This document shows, one piece after another, positions 8,762 to 18,419 of a stretch of 49,087 bases of DNA. The position numbers and the translations under genes were made by a program. The DNA is from a virus (lineage: Duplodnaviria > Caudoviricetes). Position 1 is the stretch's first letter. Each line of letters starts with the position of its first letter. The notes beneath the pieces are model-generated. The model saw nothing but the letters and a program-made list of their open reading frames with translations. It was not told the origin of the DNA and made no database searches. Location of the stretch: positions 1-49,087 of the IMG/VR virus record IMGVR_UViG_3300032335_000589, one strand, 5' to 3'.

Positions 8762-10648
8762 ATGGGAGCATTATTAGAATCAGGTCTTGTTGGTAACATC
8801 GGTTTGAAACACCTTAAAGTTATCAAAGAAGACACAATTAACAAATGGGACAAATTAGGCTTTTTGGATGGTCTAAGAGGTCACTTAAAAGAAAACGTAG
8901 CACAGTTATATGAAAACCAAGCTTCTTTCTTGATCAACGAAGCAACTGCTGATGGAACTTCTAACGGAGCATTCGAAACAGTTGTTTTCCCAATCGTAAG
9001 AAGAGTTTTCTCTAAATTGTTGGCTAACGACATCGTATCAGTACAAGCTATGAACTTACCAATCGGTAAATTGTTCTACTTCGTGCCAAGAATCCAAGGT
9101 TATTCAAACTCAGGATCAGTTGCTAACTTCCCTAACAACCCAACAGGTGGTGATCATTACGCACCTATCGGTTCTCCTGAAGCTGTTAATTCAGGAAATG
9201 ATAATCCTAACCAAGGTTATCCAGGTGGACCAGGTTATCCTTATAGAAAAGATCTTTACGATTTATTCTATGAAGGAAATGAAGCAAGTTTAGATCCTCC
9301 AGGATTATTTGACTACTCTAAAGGTAGATGGACTGCTGTTACTGCAACTACAACAACACAAGTATGGTCCGCAGGAACTTTAGTTGATGCTAATGTTCCA
9401 GCAGGTAACACAAGAAAAGTTATTATCAAACTTTGTGGTTTTGCTAACGCAGGTGCTGGTAAACTTATCGGTCCTGATGGTAATGAAATGGATACTGAAT
9501 CATTCCTTTCAGATCTTAAAATCTACGGTGGTGCTGGTTTATCGGCATCTACTACACCATGTGATGTAATTCAAAATGCATCAGGTCAATACTTACCATT
9601 GTTATTTAGAGTTGTAACTCAAATATATGGTAAAGGTATCGTTCAATACGGTTCAAACGCTTCAACTACTTTCGGTAGCACATTCCCAGCAAATGGAACA
9701 AACACTGGTAACGGTGGTAACTACAATGACATTTGTGATGAGAATGGATGTATCTACTTAGAGGTTGATTTATCTTGTCCTGTATGTGCTGACTGTAACT
9801 CAACATCTTTAGATGGTTACACAGGAACAACTGTTTTCACAGGAATTTCTACAACTTCATTCACCGCATGGTATAGAAGATATGCTAACCTTGAGTTTGA
9901 AGATCAAATTGGTGAGGTTTCTTTCGATTTAGAATCTGTAACAGTTTCTGTAACTGAAAGAAAACTAAGAGCACAATGGTCTCCTGAATTAGCTCAAGAC
10001 GTTGCTGCATTCCACAACATCGATGCTGAAGCTGAATTGACAGCATTATTGTCAGAGCAAGTTGCAGCTGAGATCGACCGTGAAATTTTACGTGACTTAC
10101 GTAAAGGTGCAGCTTGGAACTTACGTTGGGACTACAACGGATGGAGAAGAATTAACGCTACTACATCTTACACTCAAAAAGACTGGAACCAAACTTTGAT
10201 TACAGCAATCAACCAATTGTCGGCACAAATCCACAAATCTACTTTGAGAGGTGGTGCTAACTGGATCGTTGTATCTTCTGAGGTTTCTGCAATCTTTGAT
10301 GACTTAGAATACTTCCACGTATCTAACGCAGCTCCAGATCAAGATCAATACAACATGGGTATTGAAAGAGTTGGAACATTATCAGGTCGTTACCAAGTTT
10401 ATCGTGATCCTTACTTCCCACCAAACCAAGTTTTGATTGGACACAAAGGAACTTCATTGTTAGACACAGGTTACATTTACGCACCGTATGTTCCTCTACA
10501 ATTAACACCTACAATGTATAACCCATTCAACTTTACGCCAATCAAAGGTATTATGACCAGATACGCGAAGAAGATGGTGAATAACAGATTTTACGGAAGA
10601 ATTACCGTAGATGGTGTTAGAACATTCGACTTAAGAGAATTGAGATAA
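8762..10648 (+). CDS. Major capsid protein (T4 gp23-like)
   Basis: PIVRRVF, IVSVQAMNLPIGKLFY, RKLRAQWSPELAQDVAAFHNIDAEAELTALLSEQVAAEIDREI, YAPYVPL, FTPIKGIMTRYA. Strongly biased codon usage. Confidence 0.97.
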   Translation: MGALLESGLVGNIGLKHLKVIKEDTINKWDKLGFLDGLRGHLKENVAQLYENQASFLINEATADGTSNGAFETVVFPIVRRVFSKLLANDIVSVQAMNLPIGKLFYFVPRIQGYSNSGSVANFPNNPTGGDHYAPIGSPEAVNSGNDNPNQGYPGGPGYPYRKDLYDLFYEGNEASLDPPGLFDYSKGRWTAVTATTTTQVWSAGTLVDANVPAGNTRKVIIKLCGFANAGAGKLIGPDGNEMDTESFLSDLKIYGGAGLSASTTPCDVIQNASGQYLPLLFRVVTQIYGKGIVQYGSNASTTFGSTFPANGTNTGNGGNYNDICDENGCIYLEVDLSCPVCADCNSTSLDGYTGTTVFTGISTTSFTAWYRRYANLEFEDQIGEVSFDLESVTVSVTERKLRAQWSPELAQDVAAFHNIDAEAELTALLSEQVAAEIDREILRDLRKGAAWNLRWDYNGWRRINATTSYTQKDWNQTLITAINQLSAQIHKSTLRGGANWIVVSSEVSAIFDDLEYFHVSNAAPDQDQYNMGIERVGTLSGRYQVYRDPYFPPNQVLIGHKGTSLLDTGYIYAPYVPLQLTPTMYNPFNFTPIKGIMTRYAKKMVNNRFYGRITVDGVRTFDLRELR

Positions 10649-10670
10649 TCAAAATCTTAAAAATAACATT

Positions 10671-10698
10671 AAAGGGACAAGAAATTGTCCCTTTTTTT
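10671..10698 (+). terminator. Intrinsic terminator after MCP (possibly bidirectional)
   Basis: aaagggacaa-gaaa-ttgtcccttt followed by a T-tract. Confidence 0.9.
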
Positions 10699-10900
10699 AT
10701 TTAAGTAAAGTTCTAATTGCTTTTGAAATGATTTCAGTTTCACCGATTGTAAAAGATCCTTTTCTATGTGCGGACTTCACAGATTCAACTAAATAATATA
10801 AGGCGTGTTCATTATCCATAGTGGACAATATAAGTTCTAAATGTTCTTCAGATAATAAATCTATTGTCCCAAAAAGATTTCCGTATTTTTCTTGTTCCAT
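10697..10900 (-). CDS. Hypothetical protein
   Basis: 67-aa ORF filling the intergenic space and converging on the terminator. Confidence 0.6.
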   Translation of the reverse strand: MEQEKYGNLFGTIDLLSEEHLELILSTMDNEHALYYLVESVKSAHRKGSFTIGETEIISKAIRTLLK

Positions 10901-10934
10901 AACAGAAATATAAGATATTTATAATTATAATCAA

Positions 10935-11879
10935 ATGAATAAGTTAGATCAAATAATTAAAAAAGTAATAAAGGAAGCAACTGGTGATAGTAGTGGTGGT
11001 AGAGGAAGTTACTCACCACCGATGCAACCTGGTCTTAGATATTGGGAAGATCCATCTTTGGGTCCTTTTACTGATGCGGTGTCAGACTTTAAAAGTCCTT
11101 TAGTTCAGTATGATAGTTATGATGAAAAATTCGATCTTAGAAGAAACCAAATTATTAAATTAGAAAAAAACGCAGCTAAAATACAAGATTTTATCAAACA
11201 TCACCCCTACTCAACATTTTCAGATGATGATGGTAATCCTGTAAATCCATACATGCAAGATGGATTTAACCCAAATGTAAAAGAAAAATTATCACCATTC
11301 ACACAAAAAGTCCCATTTAATGAGTGGATAGAATTGTCTGATGATAATTTATTAAATGAGACTAGCACTACAGTTACCGCAGGTTTATACAACGCACCTT
11401 TAGAAATTGGTATTTATAAATGGAAAAATGAATTAGACCCTTTTACCGATTCTGTTGATTCATTTTATAATAGAACAATTAAAAAAAACACTCTTAAAAA
11501 TAATATAAAAAGAACAGTTGGTGTTTGGGAAAAAGATAAAAATGGATCGTATAAAAGAGATATAGATTACCCTAATACAATTAATGAAGATTTGGCAGTG
11601 TGGTTTGGGACAAAGAAGAAGCCTAAAGGATCTTCTCAACCAAAAGGACCGTGGGTAAACATTTGTCGTAAAGTCGACGGAAAACACCCCCCTTGTGGTA
11701 GAACGGATACAAGTAAAGGTGCTTATCCAAAATGTCGAGCGGCTGGTGTGGCATCTAAAATGAGTGATTCACAAAAAAGATCTGCTTGTCAACAAAAAAG
11801 AAGAGCCGAAAAGAAAGATACTCAAACAGGTAAAGGTCAAAAACCCATTATGACTTCATACAAACCAAGAAAAAAATAA
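10935..11879 (+). CDS. Putative internal head (poly)protein
   Basis: N-terminal IIKKVIKE, an internally duplicated module, and a basic Cys-containing C-terminal domain (WVNICRK..KHPPCGR..YPKC). TATTTAT at 10916-10922. Confidence 0.7.
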   Translation: MNKLDQIIKKVIKEATGDSSGGRGSYSPPMQPGLRYWEDPSLGPFTDAVSDFKSPLVQYDSYDEKFDLRRNQIIKLEKNAAKIQDFIKHHPYSTFSDDDGNPVNPYMQDGFNPNVKEKLSPFTQKVPFNEWIELSDDNLLNETSTTVTAGLYNAPLEIGIYKWKNELDPFTDSVDSFYNRTIKKNTLKNNIKRTVGVWEKDKNGSYKRDIDYPNTINEDLAVWFGTKKKPKGSSQPKGPWVNICRKVDGKHPPCGRTDTSKGAYPKCRAAGVASKMSDSQKRSACQQKRRAEKKDTQTGKGQKPIMTSYKPRKK

Positions 11880-12308
11880 TTACTTATTATTTTCGATGTG
11901 TTGATTTATCTTAGATAACAAAGTATCCAATGAATTTTTGATATTTGATTTAACCATTACTTCGGTATTTGTTCGTCTTTTTTCGGTTTCCGTGTCGTAT
12001 AAATAAATAACTCTTTCATGATCTCTTTTTGACAAAACAACATCATAATGAAATACATGATTTGTAATTTCAACTTTATTCCAATTAATAATGATAAAGA
12101 GATTGAGATCTTCATTGATTACATATCTTTTATCAGATAGGGGTGCGATCATGAAATCTGAAGTTGGGTGTGATATGACTTTAACACAGATTTTAAATGC
12201 GGTTTTTTCGTGTAAATCTACTTCTTCATGAGTAACCATATTGTTTCTCATTCTTTTAGCCATTTTAACCTTAAATCTTTTGTAGAATCTTTTAAATAAT
12301 TTATTCAT
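11880..12308 (-). CDS. Hypothetical protein
   Basis: 142-aa ORF preceded by a Bacteroidota-type promoter. Confidence 0.75.
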   Translation of the reverse strand: MNKLFKRFYKRFKVKMAKRMRNNMVTHEEVDLHEKTAFKICVKVISHPTSDFMIAPLSDKRYVINEDLNLFIIINWNKVEITNHVFHYDVVLSKRDHERVIYLYDTETEKRRTNTEVMVKSNIKNSLDTLLSKINQHIENNK

Positions 12309-12330
12309 GGGTTTATTTATTATTGTTCTA

Positions 12331-12362
12331 CAAACATAGTAAATAAATTTCCTTAAAACAAA
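12331..12362 (-). promoter_or_regulatory. Bacteroidota housekeeping-type promoter TTTG-N20-TATGTTTG
   Basis: + strand caaacata (12331-12338) and caaa (12359-12362) with a 20-nt spacer, 22 nt upstream of the ATG at 12308. Confidence 0.65.
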
Positions 12363-12377
12363 TATGAAATTAAAAAA

Positions 12378-12821
12378 TTAACAATAAGGTGGGGAACATT
12401 TTTTCTTCCCGTCTAATCCTTTGATTTTACCTTTACATACTTGGACAGCGTGGCCATTACTATAAGCTGAGGGATACACGTCATATTTTGCCTTAGCAGA
12501 TGCCTTACCTCTAGCACAAAGTTTTGTTCCTGTTTTTTTTCTACCTTCCATCATCATGTCATCAGAATGGTCTTCACCCTCCACTTCATTCATTATAAAA
12601 TCAAAAACTTGATCCATATTGTTTTTTGCTTCACTAATATGATCTTGAGCCCAATCATGTCCATTTTCTAATATTTCTTCAATCATTGATTGATCCATAT
12701 CTAATAATAAATCACATTGTCTTTTCATTTGTTCTAAATTTGAAAAAAACATATATCTTGAAGATTTTTCTTCGTGAGTTTCTCTAATAACTTTTCTAAT
12801 GATTAAGTTTAAATTTTTCAT
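12378..12821 (-). CDS. Putative internal head protein
   Basis: N-terminal IIRKVIRE. Basic C-terminal module KAKYDVYPSAYSNGHAVQVCK of a type seen in T4-like phages. Confidence 0.7.
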   Translation of the reverse strand: MKNLNLIIRKVIRETHEEKSSRYMFFSNLEQMKRQCDLLLDMDQSMIEEILENGHDWAQDHISEAKNNMDQVFDFIMNEVEGEDHSDDMMMEGRKKTGTKLCARGKASAKAKYDVYPSAYSNGHAVQVCKGKIKGLDGKKKCSPPYC

Positions 12822-12824
12822 ATA

Positions 12825-13202
12825 TTAATTGTTTAAACCATTTGGTCCTCCTAATTGAACCGCATTTAATTGTGTCACAGCATTTCCATTATTGTTTGTC
12901 CAAACAGGGTGTGGGAATTGTAATTCAATAGGGTCTCCGTCACAATTTCTTGTGCAAAGAGTATATGCAGTATTTGCAGATAAAGGAATAAACTCATTAC
13001 AGTCATAACAAGAATCAAATAAAGTTCCTATATTATATACTGGTCCAGGAAGTAATGGGGATCCACCAACGAATGTTGCACAATATGTAGTTCCTGTTAA
13101 ACTTACAGAATAAGTTTCACCTGTTGTTGGTGTTAATGCTCCGGTATCTACTTTAATGTAAACCCCAGACTGAAAACACAATTCAAATTTTTCTAGTGCC
13201 AT
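12825..13202 (-). CDS. Small Cys-containing putative virion protein
   Basis: 125 aa with TGET, TGTT and SANT motifs. TATTTAT on its strand at 13216-13222. Confidence 0.7.
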   Translation of the reverse strand: MALEKFELCFQSGVYIKVDTGALTPTTGETYSVSLTGTTYCATFVGGSPLLPGPVYNIGTLFDSCYDCNEFIPLSANTAYTLCTRNCDGDPIELQFPHPVWTNNNGNAVTQLNAVQLGGPNGLNN

Positions 13203-13227
13203 AATATTTTATTTTATAAATATCTCT

Positions 13228-14697
13228 TTATTCTGATTTAACATTTACAATAAAGAAATTAATTTGTTGTTTATAAACATTTATTTGACCTGATGTTGTT
13301 ACTTTAATATCCACAAAGTATTCATTTGGTATTTTATCTCTTGTATCAAACATGAAATAATATTCATTTGGAGTTCTATTCAAAGTAGTCCAATCTTGAA
13401 CAACAACCTCAGTTGTCCCCTCTTTAACATACACTCTATACTGACCATCCACATTCGGAAGTTGTTTATTAGTAGTATATGCTTGTTTAATAATAACCCC
13501 AACTTTTCTAATATCTGTATTTAATATTCTTTCATTTTGTTTTAACCCATAGTAAGAAAACCCGTATTGTGATGGATCGTTTGTGTTTGTTCCAATTTGA
13601 ATTGATTTTTTAAATGGATATAATACAAATTCATTAACTTGATTTGGTAAATTAAATCCATTTAATTCAATATTGGACCAAGTATCTGTAAATGTGCAAG
13701 GTGTTTGATAACCGATTAATGGGGGTAATGTAACCTCATAAACTCCTCTTGTTCTTAAACATGTTGTAAGATTTTGAAGTCCTTGAATTGGATTTCCTTG
13801 TGAGTCAGAAATTGAAACTAAAGGATTTTGATCTAAATTAATAAAATCACCATCTTCATAAACATATAGATATAGTTTATTTGATCTCCCCATCGAAAAA
13901 TTATTTCTATCATCTTCGATTAAATCATTGTATGTTGTTAGAAGATATGGTTCATAGAATGTTTGAGTATGTCTAGTGAAAAACCCAACCGAATATGTTC
14001 CTGTTGTTCCTGATAAATTTTCAACTTGAGGTAAATAAGCGATTCCCCATCCTCTTGGGTTTTGAATAGCACCACTTAAAACATCGTTAATTTCTGAAGT
14101 CATATCAAACTCAATATCTTCATTACCAAATTCAAAGTGTTGTATATCAACAATTGTGATAGATGAAAATGGAACTAATCCACCATTTGTATTATCATAT
14201 ATTCCGGCTTGTTGCCAATCATTAATGGTTGTTCTTTCAAACCAATTTGATGGTCTATCAGAATATGCCCTGTTCGGACCTAATGTTTCAGGTATATCAT
14301 AAAAATCATACCCAACTCCTTCGTCCCAAGTTTGAGGAAGTGCCGGATCAAAATTAACAGGAGGTATTCTAAAAAGTATTAAATCAAATGAAGTTGCTCT
14401 CATACTACCGTCAGGCATTGAGGTATTTAATAGTTCATTATTAAATGATGAGGTATTTGTCATCTTTAATGTATGAGTCATTTCACTATTTAAACAATTT
14501 GTGGAAATTATACCTTGAGCAATTTTTTCTCTTAATGAAGTTAAATCTAAATCAAAGATAAAACGTGAATAACCAACAGGGTTTACTAAACCACCGTCGC
14601 CATAGTAAAGTTGCATAACAGGATTTCTTCCTGTGTTAACATAACTATTATATACTATCGTGTTGTTTCTACTAAAGTAGGAGTTATGAATTGACAT
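13228..14697 (-). CDS. Putative structural (baseplate/tail) protein
   Basis: 489 aa, beta-rich, next to the spike gene. TATTTAT at 14711-14717. Confidence 0.65.
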   Translation of the reverse strand: MSIHNSYFSRNNTIVYNSYVNTGRNPVMQLYYGDGGLVNPVGYSRFIFDLDLTSLREKIAQGIISTNCLNSEMTHTLKMTNTSSFNNELLNTSMPDGSMRATSFDLILFRIPPVNFDPALPQTWDEGVGYDFYDIPETLGPNRAYSDRPSNWFERTTINDWQQAGIYDNTNGGLVPFSSITIVDIQHFEFGNEDIEFDMTSEINDVLSGAIQNPRGWGIAYLPQVENLSGTTGTYSVGFFTRHTQTFYEPYLLTTYNDLIEDDRNNFSMGRSNKLYLYVYEDGDFINLDQNPLVSISDSQGNPIQGLQNLTTCLRTRGVYEVTLPPLIGYQTPCTFTDTWSNIELNGFNLPNQVNEFVLYPFKKSIQIGTNTNDPSQYGFSYYGLKQNERILNTDIRKVGVIIKQAYTTNKQLPNVDGQYRVYVKEGTTEVVVQDWTTLNRTPNEYYFMFDTRDKIPNEYFVDIKVTTSGQINVYKQQINFFIVNVKSE

Positions 14698-14717
14698 TTA
14701 GTTTTTCTTTATAAATA

Positions 14718-16271
14718 TCAATTAATTCGAATATTTTGATTTAATATTGAATTATCTGCGTCTTGTAGAATTTTGTTAATTTCATCTAACTTGGTTCCGT
14801 CAGTTCCTATTGGAATTGGGGCTTCGTTTATATTGTGAACATGTGATCCTAAAAATTTAACAATTAACGTAAGAAGTTTCATAAGTTCGTCACCTCTAAC
14901 CATAGGATCTGTATTGGGTAATATCTGATCCGTAAAATATGGTTGGTCAATTCCGTATAAAGTTTCTTTAGGTTGAAGATTGATTTTGTTTCTTGCTGGA
15001 ATATCGGTTTTGTGTGATAATAAATAAACAAAATCTCCACCCAAAGTCCCATAAGAAACAGGATCTGGAGTATAAGATGATTGACGTAAAGTTTCGTTTT
15101 GTAATGTTAATTGTTGACCAACAACGTTTTTTGCCCAAACTAATACACTACCAAATTGTTTATCTGATGGTAATAATTTAATTTTGGTGAAGAAACTATT
15201 AACCATATTATATGCGGAATTAGAACTTGATGCGTGTTTGTCAATATTATCTTTTGTGGGTCTGAAATAAAAAGGAAATTGTTTTTCTAATCTTTGGTCA
15301 TTAGCTTCGGGAAATTGTGGATATCCATCGACATTAATTTTACCTTGATTAACCCCATTGATAAATTGGTTAACAATTTTGATACCTTGATCTAAAGTTT
15401 TACCTGTAAAATCTAAAACATATTCAGGACCACTTTTAAATGATTCTAAAGGTGTGGTCATATCGATTTCGGTAGTTTTAGTTTCATCTTTAGGTAATAG
15501 TGAATACAATTTAATACTACCATTATATACTGTGGTTGCGGTAACACCTCCTCCACTTGTAAAACCAGTTAAATTAAATTCATCAGTAACTTCCCACTCA
15601 ACCAATTTTTTAACTAATTGAGGTAAATTAGAGAAAAATCTTCTTTTAATTGGGTCTAATTCTTTTTTCTGTAAGTCAAATAATGAAACTTGTAAAAATC
15701 CTCTGTTTTGTCTTGGTGTTGGTAAATTAAAACCTGAAGTTTGTGGTTGAATGTTTTTACCTGATCTAACCAATACAGTATCTCTTTTAACCACAACATC
15801 TGATGTACCTCTACCAATTAAAGCGTTATCACCTGGTTGAGGGTATATCCCATATGTTTCGGCTTTATTTTCGAACGGAAATAGAGGGTCTTTTATATTG
15901 TTGGCTTCTTTTAAAAAAGTCCCACTTGCCAACATTGACTCTGAATTTCTCCAATATTCAAAACTATTATTTTGTGGTCTTGTAATTGGTCCTTGAATAT
16001 AAAATTTTGAATTATCAATTACTTGAGAACTGTTATAATAAAAAATGTGAATATATTCATCAACTTTTGGAACTTGACTTATATAGTAAGGTAAAAGAGG
16101 TAGATAAATTAAAGGGTCTCTTTCTGTCCATATATCCTTTTCTTCGTTCCAATCAATAGGTAATAAAGCAGATTCCAATTCCTCAATTGGAATTGCACGA
16201 ATTCTCCCTAACATCAGTGGATCTTGATTGTTTATAACATACCCTTGTTGTATTAATCTTTCGTCATTCAT
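14718..16271 (-). CDS. Baseplate hub / central spike protein (gp5/gpV-like)
   Basis: The N-terminal GYVINNQDPLMLGRIRA...LPLLP...VPKVDEYIHIF matches the gp5/VgrG OB-fold signature. C-terminal SHVH (HxH) spike-tip motif. Confidence 0.75.
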   Translation of the reverse strand: MNDERLIQQGYVINNQDPLMLGRIRAIPIEELESALLPIDWNEEKDIWTERDPLIYLPLLPYYISQVPKVDEYIHIFYYNSSQVIDNSKFYIQGPITRPQNNSFEYWRNSESMLASGTFLKEANNIKDPLFPFENKAETYGIYPQPGDNALIGRGTSDVVVKRDTVLVRSGKNIQPQTSGFNLPTPRQNRGFLQVSLFDLQKKELDPIKRRFFSNLPQLVKKLVEWEVTDEFNLTGFTSGGGVTATTVYNGSIKLYSLLPKDETKTTEIDMTTPLESFKSGPEYVLDFTGKTLDQGIKIVNQFINGVNQGKINVDGYPQFPEANDQRLEKQFPFYFRPTKDNIDKHASSSNSAYNMVNSFFTKIKLLPSDKQFGSVLVWAKNVVGQQLTLQNETLRQSSYTPDPVSYGTLGGDFVYLLSHKTDIPARNKINLQPKETLYGIDQPYFTDQILPNTDPMVRGDELMKLLTLIVKFLGSHVHNINEAPIPIGTDGTKLDEINKILQDADNSILNQNIRIN

Positions 16272-16510
16272 CTTGTTTGAGTTCTTTCAGAATATTCTTT
16301 GTATAATAAATTATAAGTGTTTTCTAATTTATCTAAATGATGTGTTAATTTTAATATAGAGTCTTTTGTTATTTTAAAATCTTCTTGAATAAAGTCCATT
16401 GCCAATTGTAGATCTTTATTTGAACTATCCTTGTGATTTTTAATAATCTCAAGAATTTCTTGAGATTTAATTTTCTTATCGGTTATGTTAAATGAATTTT
16501 CCATATGCAT
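16268..16510 (-). CDS. Hypothetical coiled-coil protein
   Basis: 80-aa ORF overlapping both neighbours. Confidence 0.65.
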   Translation of the reverse strand: MHMENSFNITDKKIKSQEILEIIKNHKDSSNKDLQLAMDFIQEDFKITKDSILKLTHHLDKLENTYNLLYKEYSERTQTR

Positions 16511-18413
16511 CTGTTGGTATTGTTATTCCTGCTGGAGTTATGGTTATTGGCCCAATCCCAATTGCGACTTTTCCATTTTCGTCCATTTCTTGTGCATTAC
16601 CATCAATCATTGCTTTTATTGATGCCAAAAATTTATTTGGGCTACCATCCGGCATAGGTCCCGTTGGGACTCCAATCTCTTCTAAATTTTCAATTGTATT
16701 TAAAAAAGACCTTGTTGGTGAATATCCGTCTAATAATTTGGCGGATAATAAAAGTGGAAGTGGTAACTCCCCACCACTTTCTGCCAATTTATCTAATCTT
16801 TTTTTAACGCCAATATTCAATAATTGTAGTAGTTCATCTAAAACGCTTTTACACTCTCTAAAATCTTTTACAATTTGTGTTAAGACAGGAATTATGGCAA
16901 CTATTGATAAGATCATTCTGTATTTCTTTTTTGTTTTTTCATCCGCAATATCCTTTAAAAGTAATGCAACTAAAATTTTAATTTCCTTTTTTAACTCTTC
17001 AAACACCGCTTTGGTAAAGATTGCAGCAACTTTAGTTAAAAGTTCGTTGAAAAAGTTTTTAAATCTTTTTAAAAAATCTTCTAAATTAGATATTTGATCA
17101 AATATTGGTTGATTTACCATACCGGCAACTACCATTATGGGTAACACAGTTTTAGGTGACAATACAGTATTTACAATTGCTTTAATAAATTGTTGAAAAA
17201 ACCCTGAATCTAAAGATAGTTTGAAGGCCGGATCTTCATCAATGACAGGATATATAATACCTAAAGCGTCATTTATTTCATTAACATCAGAAGTATCTTC
17301 ATTAAATTGTAAATTGTCTAAAGCGGTTAAAACGGCATCTAAATTCATTTGGATTTTTACATTATCACATTCCTCAAATTCAATTACACCTAATTTAATG
17401 TCTGAAGTAATTTGATCAATTATTCTTAAATCAACATCGTTAAATTCATAAAACGATTCATCAACATTATCAACTTCAGAAACTTTTGATGTCCCTCCGA
17501 CATTTATTTCTTTATTAGAATCCGAACATAGACCTAATATTCTTTGCATTATTATTAAAGATTTTTGAATTGATGAAAGTTTTAATTTACCATCACCTCT
17601 ACCGAAAGAAATTGCTCCTGTAACAAAATTAACTAAATTGGTAAAAAATGTTTTATAATCTAATATGTCAATAGTGCTATAATAGTCGTTCAAAAACTCA
17701 TCTACCAATGGAATATTTTGTCTAGGTTTCAAGTCTATTTTAAAGAAATTACCTTGAATTGTTTGGTTATTTATATCAACATAACTCTCAACATAAGATA
17801 TATCAAATAAATTTTGTGACGATGTGCCTAAGTAATCGTTTCCCGCAATAGAGGAGTAAGTTTGATTCAAATTTTGAGTTCGGTCATAAAGCTCCCTATT
17901 CATCGAATAGGGAAATTGGTTAAAAGTGGTTGCGCTAACTTCATAATAAAGTTTACCAATTCTATCTATAGGTGACGATTCAAAAATTCCAAAAAGATCC
18001 ACAGATTTTACAGGTATATAATAAGTTGTGTTAAATTGATATCCTTGTAAATTACTACATGCAAGAGATTTTTGAACCTCTTCTATTATAAGATTTTTTA
18101 TTTCAGGTTTTGATTTTTTTAAAGAATTTACAAAAATTCTTTTTATTACGGTGTCAGTTTCTAAACCTGACCCCTTTAGCTCTTTAAGTTGTTTAATTAA
18201 CTCATCTAAAAAAGTTTTGGCAACAACCGTATGTTTTTTTCTAAATTTAACAAAATCATCAAGTTGATTTGATAAAAATTTGTTTGAGGTTTCTTGTGAA
18301 TTTCCAGCCTTTTTCTTAAGATTTTCATAATCTTTTTTATATTCTTTATATTTTTTATAAACTTTGGTTTTATTTGCCGCCTTTTTTAAATCTTCATTGA
18401 TATCAACTGCCAT
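16488..18413 (-). CDS. Hypothetical large helical protein (putative virion)
   Basis: 641-aa ORF in the same operon as the spike gene. Confidence 0.75.
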   Translation of the reverse strand: MAVDINEDLKKAANKTKVYKKYKEYKKDYENLKKKAGNSQETSNKFLSNQLDDFVKFRKKHTVVAKTFLDELIKQLKELKGSGLETDTVIKRIFVNSLKKSKPEIKNLIIEEVQKSLACSNLQGYQFNTTYYIPVKSVDLFGIFESSPIDRIGKLYYEVSATTFNQFPYSMNRELYDRTQNLNQTYSSIAGNDYLGTSSQNLFDISYVESYVDINNQTIQGNFFKIDLKPRQNIPLVDEFLNDYYSTIDILDYKTFFTNLVNFVTGAISFGRGDGKLKLSSIQKSLIIMQRILGLCSDSNKEINVGGTSKVSEVDNVDESFYEFNDVDLRIIDQITSDIKLGVIEFEECDNVKIQMNLDAVLTALDNLQFNEDTSDVNEINDALGIIYPVIDEDPAFKLSLDSGFFQQFIKAIVNTVLSPKTVLPIMVVAGMVNQPIFDQISNLEDFLKRFKNFFNELLTKVAAIFTKAVFEELKKEIKILVALLLKDIADEKTKKKYRMILSIVAIIPVLTQIVKDFRECKSVLDELLQLLNIGVKKRLDKLAESGGELPLPLLLSAKLLDGYSPTRSFLNTIENLEEIGVPTGPMPDGSPNKFLASIKAMIDGNAQEMDENGKVAIGIGPITITPAGITIPTDAYGKFI

Positions 18414-18419
18414 AATATA

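Noticed and set aside
16492-17415. Plus-strand 201-aa and 64-aa ORFs
   Set aside because: Both are fully antisense to the 641-aa gene and have no recognisable features.
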